From IMG/VR virus record IMGVR_UViG_3300042515_001753, positions 62,001 to 126,000 of that record: a stretch of 64,000 bases of DNA. One strand, written 5' to 3'. Under the pieces are notes generated by a model, which did no database searches, had not been told where the DNA came from, and worked only from the letters and a program-made list of their open reading frames with translations. A program made the position numbers and the translations under genes. Below, one piece after another: positions 25,625 through 34,932 of the stretch; the stretch's first letter is position 1, and every line of letters starts with the position of its first letter.

Positions 25625-28060
25625 TTAAAAGTTGCCGATTACTTCTTCAAAATCAACACCAGTCTTGGTGGCAATAAAGGTAAGACCGATGAAGTTAATC
25701 GATCTTGCTGGTTTAATGTAGATGTCTGCTCTAAACTCATTAGCATCAATAACTGCTGCTGTGTTATTGGTTTCATCAGCAATTACGACATAATCAAAGA
25801 TACCTCTCTTTGCCTGAACATCACGCAAGAATGGTTCAATAGTATTTACAAAATTAGTTCTTGTAATTTCATCGTTAAACTCAAACAGTACATCTTTAGC
25901 GGCACGAGAAATAGCATCCTCAAGATAGATGAAGAGTCTGCGAACATTAATACGATCAAATGCCGATGTTCTTCCTAATCCGGTCTTATCACCGAACAGA
26001 ATAATACCCGCTCCCGGTGAGAAGATGATTGGATTGATTCTGTTAGTATAAAGACGATCTCTCTGAGACTTATTTGGCGTATAAGCAAGTTTGACGGCAT
26101 TTAAGATAGCACCTCTTGCGGTTCCTGCTGGAGAATACCAAGGGAAGTAATTAATGTCATTACGAGCACACAGACCAGCGATATCACCATTTAGGGGGGC
26201 ATATCTGTAAGTATTTGCAAATCTGTCGTACATATACTTGTACCCAGAATCAAATACTGCATAAGAAGAAGATGCTATAGGTGAGAAGAAACTAATTACA
26301 TTTCTGGTAATATCTTCTGGCGCTCTAACAGTAATGTCTCCTTCTGCTGGATTGTCTGCAAGAGCGGCACCTCTATATGGAGTAATAAAGGCAACTGCAT
26401 CCTTTCTAAGTTCGGCAACCGAGATGAGTTTATTTGCCAGTTCTTGTGCGGTTTCCTTTGCATAACCTGCAGATCCCATCAATAAGAAATCTACTTTGAT
26501 TTCTTCTGTGTTCTCAAATAAATCATATCCATCCTTAAGTTCTGCCAGAGTTGCAGTAAGAGCACCAGCAGTATTAAGATTGGTTCCGCCATCATAGTTA
26601 AGACCACCCGCTAATGTGTAGGTATTAGAACCTGCGGCACCAAAAATAACATTTTCTGCGGGTTGGTCCCATCCATTATCGGTTGTTAGGTCAAATTGAT
26701 TCGGATCATATCCTGTTGTGGTAAGTCCGGCAGGAGCACCGCCAGCAAAGATATTTGCAGAACCTGCGGCAATATACTTTCTCCAATAAGAAGTACTTCC
26801 GGCAGAAAACTCGGCATCAGTTGCCTTAGAAAGACCTAAGTGCTTCTCAAGAATTGTTCCGGCATTACCAGTAATAGTTCCTAACTCATCAATAAGTACA
26901 ACATGAACTTCATCAAATCTAGATCCTCTTGGTTCTGCAAATGCCGAAGTTCCGGGAGACTGTGCTATATTATTCCACTGGATTGTGGTTTTGATTTTAT
27001 CAAGGTTGATGTATTGTTGACTGAACCAATCAACTTCGCTGGTATAAGCAGCACTTCCTAGTGTATTTCCTGAACTATATGTTACGATACCAACACTTCC
27101 AGTTTCGGTAAAACAGTAAGTTCCATCTTGCTGATAATCAACAGGAGTTTCTGTATTTCCGGATGATACACGACTTAAAATCTTAACCGCAACTGAACCT
27201 GCACCAACCTCAGTAATAATTCCTTTTAGATAAGAACCGGTTAATGATACTGAACTTCCAGAAGAAGTATCGGTCTTTCCTGTAAGAGATTGAGTTACGC
27301 CATAACCAACTTGAATTGTGGTTCCGGTTGTTGTGGATGTGTAACTTCCAAAAGAAAGTTCTACATTAGTGAGAGAAATGCTATTTAATGATGCGGGACT
27401 AATGAATACTGTTCCGACTCCAATTGCGGTTACAGTTGTTCCGGACCCTATAATTCCAGTTTCTACTTTTAGAGTTTGCCCAACTGCAATACCGGTTGTT
27501 GTAATACCAGTAACAGATGTGGTGGTGATCCCAATATCCCCATCAGATGCTGTTGCAACTCCAACAAAAGTAGTATTTGTTACTGAAGTTGTAGATATAC
27601 CGCTTAAAATTTGGTCTGCCTTGGAATCAATAATTGCTACTTTAATTCCGTTTGCCCAAGAACCAGGATTTCTTGCTGCTACAGTAACACCAGTAATGGT
27701 ATTTTCATCATATCCAAGTTCTTCATAATTATCCAAACTCTTAATCTTAACGCTACTTGCAGTTCCAACAAAGGCATTTTTGGTGTTGGTGTCATCTGCT
27801 CTGACTACCTGTAATGAACCACCATAAGAAAGATAGGATGAGGCAACCATCCAACTTTCATAGTGCTTATCTGTGGAATAAGGTTCACCAAAAGTATTCA
27901 GTAGATCATTTTCATTCTCTACTAATGTTGGCGAATCTACAGGTCCTTTTGCGAATGGTGCAACAATTGCTCCTACTTTATTAGAAGCTGGTTGAACTCT
28001 ACCAGAGGTTAAGTCAACTTCCCTTACTACAATTCCAGGAGATGCTAAATTTAGCGGCAT
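25625..28060 (-). CDS. gp18: tail sheath protein
   Basis: SPGIVVREVDLT, YKYMYDRF, PAGTARG, GDKTGL...SAFDRINVRRLF, KPARSINFIGL.F; TATAAATA at 28095-28102. Confidence 0.97.
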   Translation of the reverse strand: MPLNLASPGIVVREVDLTSGRVQPASNKVGAIVAPFAKGPVDSPTLVENENDLLNTFGEPYSTDKHYESWMVASSYLSYGGSLQVVRADDTNTKNAFVGTASSVKIKSLDNYEELGYDENTITGVTVAARNPGSWANGIKVAIIDSKADQILSGISTTSVTNTTFVGVATASDGDIGITTTSVTGITTTGIAVGQTLKVETGIIGSGTTVTAIGVGTVFISPASLNSISLTNVELSFGSYTSTTTGTTIQVGYGVTQSLTGKTDTSSGSSVSLTGSYLKGIITEVGAGSVAVKILSRVSSGNTETPVDYQQDGTYCFTETGSVGIVTYSSGNTLGSAAYTSEVDWFSQQYINLDKIKTTIQWNNIAQSPGTSAFAEPRGSRFDEVHVVLIDELGTITGNAGTILEKHLGLSKATDAEFSAGSTSYWRKYIAAGSANIFAGGAPAGLTTTGYDPNQFDLTTDNGWDQPAENVIFGAAGSNTYTLAGGLNYDGGTNLNTAGALTATLAELKDGYDLFENTEEIKVDFLLMGSAGYAKETAQELANKLISVAELRKDAVAFITPYRGAALADNPAEGDITVRAPEDITRNVISFFSPIASSSYAVFDSGYKYMYDRFANTYRYAPLNGDIAGLCARNDINYFPWYSPAGTARGAILNAVKLAYTPNKSQRDRLYTNRINPIIFSPGAGIILFGDKTGLGRTSAFDRINVRRLFIYLEDAISRAAKDVLFEFNDEITRTNFVNTIEPFLRDVQAKRGIFDYVVIADETNNTAAVIDANEFRADIYIKPARSINFIGLTFIATKTGVDFEEVIGNF

Positions 28061-28123
28061 CTTTATTCTCCGTTATCCCGAATTATTCTAAAAGTATTTA
28101 TAATTTCCTTCCCTTTCAATAAC

Positions 28124-29845
28124 TTATCCATAATCCCACATATAAGACCGGTCACCATATTCATCTACACTCCAAATTTCTTGTTCCTGTATTCCGTTCT
28201 CTGAGGTGGCATTCATCCATCGGTCTCCGGTTTCTTGCTCTACAAATACTTCCATATCTTCTAACCCATCCGAAATAAATCCGAATGGTGCCATATCTTG
28301 ATCAATTTGGTTTTTTTGTTCCTCATATATTCTTTTACGAATATCATTATCCGTCATCTCCTTAAAATAGTCCTGAGCCACTAACCAGGAAAAAATGACA
28401 AGACACATTACCAAGTCGTCATTACAACCTTCTTCTGCTTCAAATGAATTATGTTTTTGGGCAAATGTGGTAAGTTCACTAATGATATCATAGTCACTAA
28501 TGAATAGTTTGTCATCTTCAATCAGTAGTTTTAAGTTGGAGCAACCTAATTTTTTAACTGCTGCAGTTGTTCTAACTCCAAGTTGAGATTTTTTACCACT
28601 AAATCCAGACCCAACTAATTGCCCTGCCCTACCTCTCATAGAGCACATTAGAATATTATCATATTCCAAATCATAGTGAAGAATATTGGCAACCTGATCT
28701 CCAATATCATTTACTTCTACAAGTAACCAGGCATTATCATATCCTCTTGCCACCTCATTAATGATACTGGGAAACAGCATCGGTTTAATTTCATTATTTT
28801 TGTATTTTGCGACCACCTTATAGGGAAAGTTTGTAATGTCAAAAACCACGAATGCCGAATAGTCGTTTCCTATTCCACGAGCAACATCAACCGTAATTAA
28901 ATAACTGTGGTCTTCTATTGGATTTTCATAAACATCAAGACCTTTGCTTCTTTTTATTGGGTCATCATAGACTAATATTTTCAGTTTGCTTGGATTGATA
29001 AGTGTTCCTACCGACCCCAGAAACTCACAAAGATGCTCTGCCCTAAACTGTTCTTCGCTAGTATTAGCAATTGTCTGTGCTTTCCATTCCTCATCTCTTC
29101 CCGGAACTTCGGACCAGTGGACCTCTGTTGCCACAAATGAGTTCTTACCACGCTCTGCATCGTGCCACATACGGTAGAAATGATTCATACCTTTGGGTGT
29201 GGATACTACAATAACCTTGGTGGACTTACCAGATGAAATTGTCGGATATACAGATGCAAAGAAATCGTCGGCAATATGATTTGGAACGAATGCAAATTCG
29301 TCCAAGAAAATAATATTAAAACTCATTCCCCGAACAGCAGATGCAGAAGTTGATGCCGCAATAATTTTTGACCCATTTTCCAATTCTAATGAACCTTTAT
29401 TCCAAGATACAATTCCTTGTTGCATCCATTTTGGAAGATTCTCATAAGATAATTGTAGTCTACTTAAGATTTCTCTTGATGTTGATGCCTTGTTTGCCAG
29501 AATACCCACATTTACGTTGTCATTAAAAACAATATAATGCAATAAGTATGATACTACCGTTGTCGTTTTGCCAACTTGGCGTGGCATCTTCGCTATGTTA
29601 AATCTGTTCTTATGAAAGTTGCTGACCAATCTCTCCTGAAAGGGCCACATATTAAACTTAACAAGACCATCATCAACATTAACAATCTTGATGTATTTCT
29701 TGGCAAAATAAACAGGGTCTTCCTTACAAGTTAAGAACTCAATAATTTGTTCTTCAGTAAATTGTATTGGAGTATTTGCTCTCTTTAGATTTGGATTGGA
29801 GAGATATGCGTCCCCTATCTTTAGTTGAATGTCTTGAATATCCAT
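28124..29845 (-). CDS. gp17: terminase large subunit
   Basis: KMPRQVGKTT, IIFLDEFAF, VSTPKG, TVDVARG, DDLVMCL. Confidence 0.98.
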   Translation of the reverse strand: MDIQDIQLKIGDAYLSNPNLKRANTPIQFTEEQIIEFLTCKEDPVYFAKKYIKIVNVDDGLVKFNMWPFQERLVSNFHKNRFNIAKMPRQVGKTTTVVSYLLHYIVFNDNVNVGILANKASTSREILSRLQLSYENLPKWMQQGIVSWNKGSLELENGSKIIAASTSASAVRGMSFNIIFLDEFAFVPNHIADDFFASVYPTISSGKSTKVIVVSTPKGMNHFYRMWHDAERGKNSFVATEVHWSEVPGRDEEWKAQTIANTSEEQFRAEHLCEFLGSVGTLINPSKLKILVYDDPIKRSKGLDVYENPIEDHSYLITVDVARGIGNDYSAFVVFDITNFPYKVVAKYKNNEIKPMLFPSIINEVARGYDNAWLLVEVNDIGDQVANILHYDLEYDNILMCSMRGRAGQLVGSGFSGKKSQLGVRTTAAVKKLGCSNLKLLIEDDKLFISDYDIISELTTFAQKHNSFEAEEGCNDDLVMCLVIFSWLVAQDYFKEMTDNDIRKRIYEEQKNQIDQDMAPFGFISDGLEDMEVFVEQETGDRWMNATSENGIQEQEIWSVDEYGDRSYMWDYG

Positions 29846-29847
29846 AA

Positions 29848-31845
29848 TTACCTACTAACCTCTTCCCAGTCCATAGAACCAACTACAGTATCACCACCAC
29901 CATTAGAAGCAATAACAAGAGTAATTTCAAAAGGTGTTGATGTTAGTCCATTTCTTTCTAACTGAAACTTAAAGAGTGCTTCTCGGGGTATATCAATTTG
30001 AGTTGATCCTTGATTTGAAGCAGTAAAAAATCCACTCGCAAGTATTCTTCCACCAGTATGAGAAGTTCCAGTAATGTTATAATTCACAGCACTATCATCA
30101 CCAGCACTTACCCAATCTCCTCCCCCAGTAGTGCCAGATGCTCTAATCTGCCAATTATAGGCACCTGTATCGATTGGCATTGCCGAAAGTGCCGTGATAA
30201 TTGCAATCGCATCTAAATTATTTGGTGATGTTTTGAGTCTTATACTTACGATAGGATAAAATGTTCCAGCAGTTGTAAGAGTTCTTGGGGTGGTGATTGG
30301 TGTTCCTACTGCCTGCTGTAATCCATGAAGATTATAACCACCCTCCGAAATTACTGAAGAACAAATCTGTTTGAGATTACTTGTACTTGTGGTTATTCCA
30401 GTATTAGCAATCTCATATCTTACTGGAAGTGATGCTGTTGTGATATAAGTTGATTCAATTATGTTTGCGTGATGAAATGTATGGCAGTGAATGAATGCTC
30501 CGTCAATTACAAAACCTATTCTTACGGAACCAACACCCAACCATTCAATATCCATCCATAAGATTTGTGCTTTGGATGAATTTAATGTAAAACCAGAAGG
30601 ACCTGTACCGTCTAATTTATCAACATTCCAGTCTTCCTGTGCAACTCTTGTCGTTGTTCCAAGAGATAAACTTTTCTCTACAAAATATGCAGTATCCCCA
30701 TCAACCTCAAAATACATTCCATTATCAGCACCAAAATATCCAACTCTTTGACGAAGATTTGTTTTCTTGGGGTTCATTACAAATGTATTCAATACCAGCA
30801 AAGACTTTCCTGGTTGATATGCGAATACTTTTGTTGTTTCTCTAGTCACAGAACAACCAGCAGTAGTTCCAATTCCAATATTAATCAAACCCTGTGCGGT
30901 TACAAATCCAACTGTAGAACCAGTTCCTACAACTAAACTACTCCAGAGATTATTGTCCCTATATCTGTGAGAACTATCAAAAAGTGTGAGTGGGTTTGAT
31001 ACTCTTAAACGACCAAATGCATCACTTGAAGTTGATGGAAGTGTAACAGATGCTGATGATGTTGTAGAAATTGATACTGTTCCCGTAACTGGTAGGGGAT
31101 TACTAGAACTTACAGGAGCACTATTAAGGTTGAGTGATACTTGCCCTGTTGTTCCAATTCCTACTGTTCCTTGAACTGTAACAGTAGAACCAATACCTGA
31201 TACTGCGACTGTTGTTACTGGATTGGTTATGTAGAATGAAGTGTTAGAGATTGATACTGTATTAGCAATTGATACTGTTCCACCAACAGTTACTGTTGTT
31301 ACTGGATTTAAGACATAAAAAGAAGTATTGGATATAGAAACTGTATTTGCAATAGAAACAGTTCCACCAACAGTCACAGAAGTAACTGGATTTAGAACAT
31401 AAAAGGAAGTATTAGAGATTGATACAGTATTCAGTAATGTGGAAATGCCAACTGGAAGATATGAAAGATTTAGATTTTGTGCAGTTCCAATACCAATAGG
31501 CATATATGGAATACCTTCGTCTTCTAAAATACCACTTGAACCAACTTCTGTGATGTGCGTATGAACTGGGTCTTGTGGAGTACTTGTGACTGATACTGTT
31601 GTTCCTACATTTACATCACCAGTAATCGTAATATTGGAAGAACCTAATGATACTGGAAATGGATTGTTGAATGTGACTGGAGAACCACCTTGATTAATCG
31701 CAACAAATCCAGTTGTTCCAATACCTACTGGAAATCTATTTGTTTCACTTACAACTTCTCCATCTTTAGTCGCAATCATTGGGACTTCAAAAAGACTTCT
31801 TTCTTGATTCAGAAAGTCCTGCGTATTCTTATTAAACTGTGCCAT
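29848..31845 (-). CDS. hypothetical virion-type protein with internal 28-aa tandem repeats
   Basis: 665 aa, V/T/S/G-rich N-half; C-terminal domain begins SDAFGRLRVSNPLTLFDS. Confidence 0.75.
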   Translation of the reverse strand: MAQFNKNTQDFLNQERSLFEVPMIATKDGEVVSETNRFPVGIGTTGFVAINQGGSPVTFNNPFPVSLGSSNITITGDVNVGTTVSVTSTPQDPVHTHITEVGSSGILEDEGIPYMPIGIGTAQNLNLSYLPVGISTLLNTVSISNTSFYVLNPVTSVTVGGTVSIANTVSISNTSFYVLNPVTTVTVGGTVSIANTVSISNTSFYITNPVTTVAVSGIGSTVTVQGTVGIGTTGQVSLNLNSAPVSSSNPLPVTGTVSISTTSSASVTLPSTSSDAFGRLRVSNPLTLFDSSHRYRDNNLWSSLVVGTGSTVGFVTAQGLINIGIGTTAGCSVTRETTKVFAYQPGKSLLVLNTFVMNPKKTNLRQRVGYFGADNGMYFEVDGDTAYFVEKSLSLGTTTRVAQEDWNVDKLDGTGPSGFTLNSSKAQILWMDIEWLGVGSVRIGFVIDGAFIHCHTFHHANIIESTYITTASLPVRYEIANTGITTSTSNLKQICSSVISEGGYNLHGLQQAVGTPITTPRTLTTAGTFYPIVSIRLKTSPNNLDAIAIITALSAMPIDTGAYNWQIRASGTTGGGDWVSAGDDSAVNYNITGTSHTGGRILASGFFTASNQGSTQIDIPREALFKFQLERNGLTSTPFEITLVIASNGGGDTVVGSMDWEEVSR
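31205..31431. repeat. in-frame 84-nt tandem repeat, about 2.7 copies
   Basis: ACTGGA anchors at 31217, 31301 and 31385; unit NTVSISNTSFY(V/I)(L/T)NPVT(S/T)VTVGGTVSIA. Confidence 0.85.
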
Positions 31846-31847
31846 AA

Positions 31848-32162
31848 TTAATCAGTCCAAGTTAGTCTTTCTGGTTGATATCTTTGTGAGTTCTTAATTT
31901 TTAAAGAATTTGTTGTTTGGGGGTAAATGTTATGTACAATTGCTCCAGGATATTCTCCCTGAAGTTGCTCCGCAAGTTCATTTTTGTTCAACATCTTGCC
32001 TTCAACTTCTAATCTATACATTTTACCTTCCCAAACTATATCTGCGGTAAAAGACTCTCCAACGGGTTCTGATTGAGATTCTGAACCATTCATATAAAGA
32101 TTGCCGTTGAAATTTCCAGCAATATTAACACTTTCTGAAATAAACTGATTGAAGGATTTCAT
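31848..32162 (-). CDS. small protein with T4-type capsid targeting sequence
   Basis: Starts MKSFNQFISE|S. Confidence 0.7.
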   Translation of the reverse strand: MKSFNQFISESVNIAGNFNGNLYMNGSESQSEPVGESFTADIVWEGKMYRLEVEGKMLNKNELAEQLQGEYPGAIVHNIYPQTTNSLKIKNSQRYQPERLTWTD

Positions 32163-32163
32163 T

Positions 32164-33642
32164 TTAGTTACAGTTCCACTTTCTTAGGGATAATGTCTTT
32201 CTTGTTGGACGACCTTTTTCATCTTTCGTAGGTCCAGGCATTCCACTCATACGAGCACAGAATGATTTTCTGCGTTTTGCATCCTTAGAACCGGGTTTTA
32301 ATTTTGATGGTTTAGTAGTAACGGCAGTTTGCAATTTTGAACCTGGATTTTCTTTTCTATAAGATGCAACTCCTGCTGCGTTTAAACCACCTTCGGGATT
32401 TTTACCTTCCTTTCTTTGCCAAGCAGCGGATGCTTCATTCAGACCAAAATCCTCCCTCCAATTAGAATATTCATCATTAGATTCCTTAACCTTAACGCAG
32501 TTTGGATATCTTTTACCAAACATAGTCTTCATACCTTTTTTCTTATAACCTTTCCAACACGCCTCATCCATTGACCCTTGAACATTATGCTCACCACTAT
32601 CTAGGTAGTCGGCAGCGGCATCAATATAATCTGCTGCCTTTGTAATTTTTGATTGAACCCACGCCTCAATATTACCCTCACCATTCAGTTTGCCACGAAG
32701 TCTTTTGGCAGCAGAAATAATTGTAGAAAGTTCAGACCTTGCCATAGAATATTCGTGGTCTGGTTCCTTAGACTCATTAGCAGGATGTACCTGAGCAATA
32801 CTAAACTTCATCTGATTTGGAGATAATCTAGAAGGTAGTGAAAACATATCCCAGTACTTGGGACCATATCTGCATACATCTCTAGTCTCATCTTTCTCAC
32901 ATTTGGGGCAATATCTCATACCCATTTCTTCTGAAATAGAATCTTTTGGTGATAGATTTATTGATTCTGATTTATTTCCCCAATTAGCGGCACCAACCTT
33001 GCGACATTTTACAAGTGCTCCGGAAGCATATGCCGAAGGCCAGACAGAATATCTTGACTTTACTTTAGTATAACAAGCGTCTTTTGTGCCGCTTCCTTTA
33101 CCTTTAACATCTGATTCTTCGTTCATTTTCTTTTTGGGGGTATCTGTTGAAACATAAGTTGGTTTGGCAGCACCAGATTTTTCTGGTTGATTTGGGTCTG
33201 CGGCACTTTTTCTTCTTTGGGCAGATATTCTTTGAGATTTAGTCATACTTGCTCTTTTATCCGAAGAAACACACTTGGGTGTTTCATCTTCTTCACCTTC
33301 TTCACGGGCACAAGGTTCTCCGGAGATTACTTCAACCCAACCAGGCTTTCCTTTTTTACCTTTTGATTTTGATTTGCCAAACCAATCACGAAGACTCTCT
33401 TTCACATCCTTAAAGTTTTTATGCTCTTTTCTAGCATCAGACTCCATCTTTTTCAACTTAGTGTAATAATCTGGAAACTCATCAAGATGTTGGAGAGCAA
33501 TATCAGCAGCAAGATCTTTATCCTTAGTGTGCTCCTTTTCAATAGCAATACCCATCTTAAGTTGATTTCTTACAAAAGAAATATCCTGACGATGCTTTTT
33601 CGCAATACTTTCAACCGTCTGGTGGGGTTTTAATTTAGGCAC
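32164..33642 (-). CDS. modular basic late protein (DUF5661-, DUF5872- and DUF6321-like modules)
   Basis: IEKEHTKD..IALQHLDEFPDYYTKL; KDACYTKVKSRYSVWPSAYASGALVKCRK; CWKGY...PNCVK; AWQRKEGKNPEGGLN...RRKSFCARM. DUF numbers recalled, not searched. Confidence 0.7.
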   Translation of the reverse strand: MPKLKPHQTVESIAKKHRQDISFVRNQLKMGIAIEKEHTKDKDLAADIALQHLDEFPDYYTKLKKMESDARKEHKNFKDVKESLRDWFGKSKSKGKKGKPGWVEVISGEPCAREEGEEDETPKCVSSDKRASMTKSQRISAQRRKSAADPNQPEKSGAAKPTYVSTDTPKKKMNEESDVKGKGSGTKDACYTKVKSRYSVWPSAYASGALVKCRKVGAANWGNKSESINLSPKDSISEEMGMRYCPKCEKDETRDVCRYGPKYWDMFSLPSRLSPNQMKFSIAQVHPANESKEPDHEYSMARSELSTIISAAKRLRGKLNGEGNIEAWVQSKITKAADYIDAAADYLDSGEHNVQGSMDEACWKGYKKKGMKTMFGKRYPNCVKVKESNDEYSNWREDFGLNEASAAWQRKEGKNPEGGLNAAGVASYRKENPGSKLQTAVTTKPSKLKPGSKDAKRRKSFCARMSGMPGPTKDEKGRPTRKTLSLRKWNCN

Positions 33643-33654
33643 TTTAGGAAAACA

Positions 33655-34077
33655 CTATTCTTTATTATTTAGAAAACCTTGCTTCAGTATTTTTGAAAGT
33701 TCAGAAGTTGAACCAATAAAAACAGCATTATTAGTTACATTATTTGAAACTTTAGTATTATCTTCCTCAACATCTTTCAGTTTTTTCTGTAGGTCTATGA
33801 GTTTATCAGTCGTATCAGCAACACTCTTAATTAGTTGCCCCGCCACTTCATATGCTCTTGGACTTCCACCATCACCAGCAAGTTCCATAATTCCATTAAT
33901 TGCCTCCTGACCTTTTTCAATTAATGAATATAGATTTGCTCTTGTATATTCATAATCTTTTTTTATATCATTATTCTGTGTCGGAATAATATCAATTGGT
34001 GTGATAGACTTTTCTACCTCAACAATACTACTTTCAATATTCAGTGCTTTATCCAAATCTTCATAATTATTTTTCAT
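33655..34077 (-). CDS. gp16: terminase small subunit
   Basis: DYEYTRANLYSLIEKGQEAINGIMELA...PRAYEVAGQLIKSVAD..DKLIDLQKK...NNAVFIGSTSEL. Confidence 0.93.
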   Translation of the reverse strand: MKNNYEDLDKALNIESSIVEVEKSITPIDIIPTQNNDIKKDYEYTRANLYSLIEKGQEAINGIMELAGDGGSPRAYEVAGQLIKSVADTTDKLIDLQKKLKDVEEDNTKVSNNVTNNAVFIGSTSELSKILKQGFLNNKE

Positions 34078-34083
34078 AATATA

Positions 34084-34884
34084 TCAAATATCTCTTTGTT
34101 GAGTTGGACTATATGTTTTAGCATCGCCATATGTTTCAAAAGTTTCATTAAATCCAAAATCGTCATCCGGACCTGCGTCAATTGGGTCTGGAACAAGAGT
34201 ATATCTCATTTCTCTCTTGGCAGTTGTAGTATCAGTACTCGTATATAAATCAACTTGAACCTTACGAATGAGACCCTCTGTACTATCAGAAATTGGTCCG
34301 AACAGATAAGTTTTGGCAGTAAAATTTAAAGTATATATTAGGGTTCTCCGAGTTGAATAATCTCCTTCATAATCATCGGTAAAAGATACACTATCTAAAA
34401 CCACGGGAATATCTCTTTTTTCTCCGATAGAATCTACCAAATCTACTGTTAGATTGAATGATGGTTGAAAACTTGGAAGAATCTGTTCTACTATCTGCAG
34501 AGCATCATCTTGCAACTTCGTCATAATATTTAATTGAAACCCAATATTATATGGAACGGGCATATAAACTTTTTTTACAGTATCACCATTACCGCAAGTT
34601 TTGAATGTTTGAGTTACATTTGCCTTTCTTGTAGAATCATACTGAATAGAAGTCATTTCAAATGATATTCGGGGGAGAGTAATCTGAATTGCCTTATTCA
34701 ATTCCGATTGCTGCTCAATCCTGGCCAGAAACTTTTGCATAGGTCCATATCCAAGAGGAACCTTCATCTGACTGATTGCTACATCAGATGAATTTTTATG
34801 TTCTATGTAAATATCATTAAAAAGAGTTCCAAATGCAGTAACGGTCTTTCTAATAATTTGGTGATAAAAATAGGTCCCTAGCAT
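34084..34884 (-). CDS. gp15: tail sheath stabilizer / proximal tail protein
   Basis: YFYHQIIRKTVTAFGTLFN, KVPLGYGP, LPRISFEM, PVPYN, QIVEQILP.F.P. Confidence 0.95.
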   Translation of the reverse strand: MLGTYFYHQIIRKTVTAFGTLFNDIYIEHKNSSDVAISQMKVPLGYGPMQKFLARIEQQSELNKAIQITLPRISFEMTSIQYDSTRKANVTQTFKTCGNGDTVKKVYMPVPYNIGFQLNIMTKLQDDALQIVEQILPSFQPSFNLTVDLVDSIGEKRDIPVVLDSVSFTDDYEGDYSTRRTLIYTLNFTAKTYLFGPISDSTEGLIRKVQVDLYTSTDTTTAKREMRYTLVPDPIDAGPDDDFGFNETFETYGDAKTYSPTQQRDI

Positions 34885-34932
34885 TTTTTATACCCGATTA
34901 TCCAATCATTATCGTATTATATATTTATAGTA

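Noticed and set aside
1-29845. Introns, inteins or homing endonucleases in gp43, gp46, uvsW, gp20, gp23 or gp17
   Set aside because: The ORFs are continuous and of ordinary length; no LAGLIDADG, HNH or GIY-YIG motifs or intein C-terminal HN were seen.
31205-31431. 84-nt repeats as a CRISPR-like array
   Set aside because: They are contiguous in-frame coding repeats without unique spacers, and there are no cas genes.
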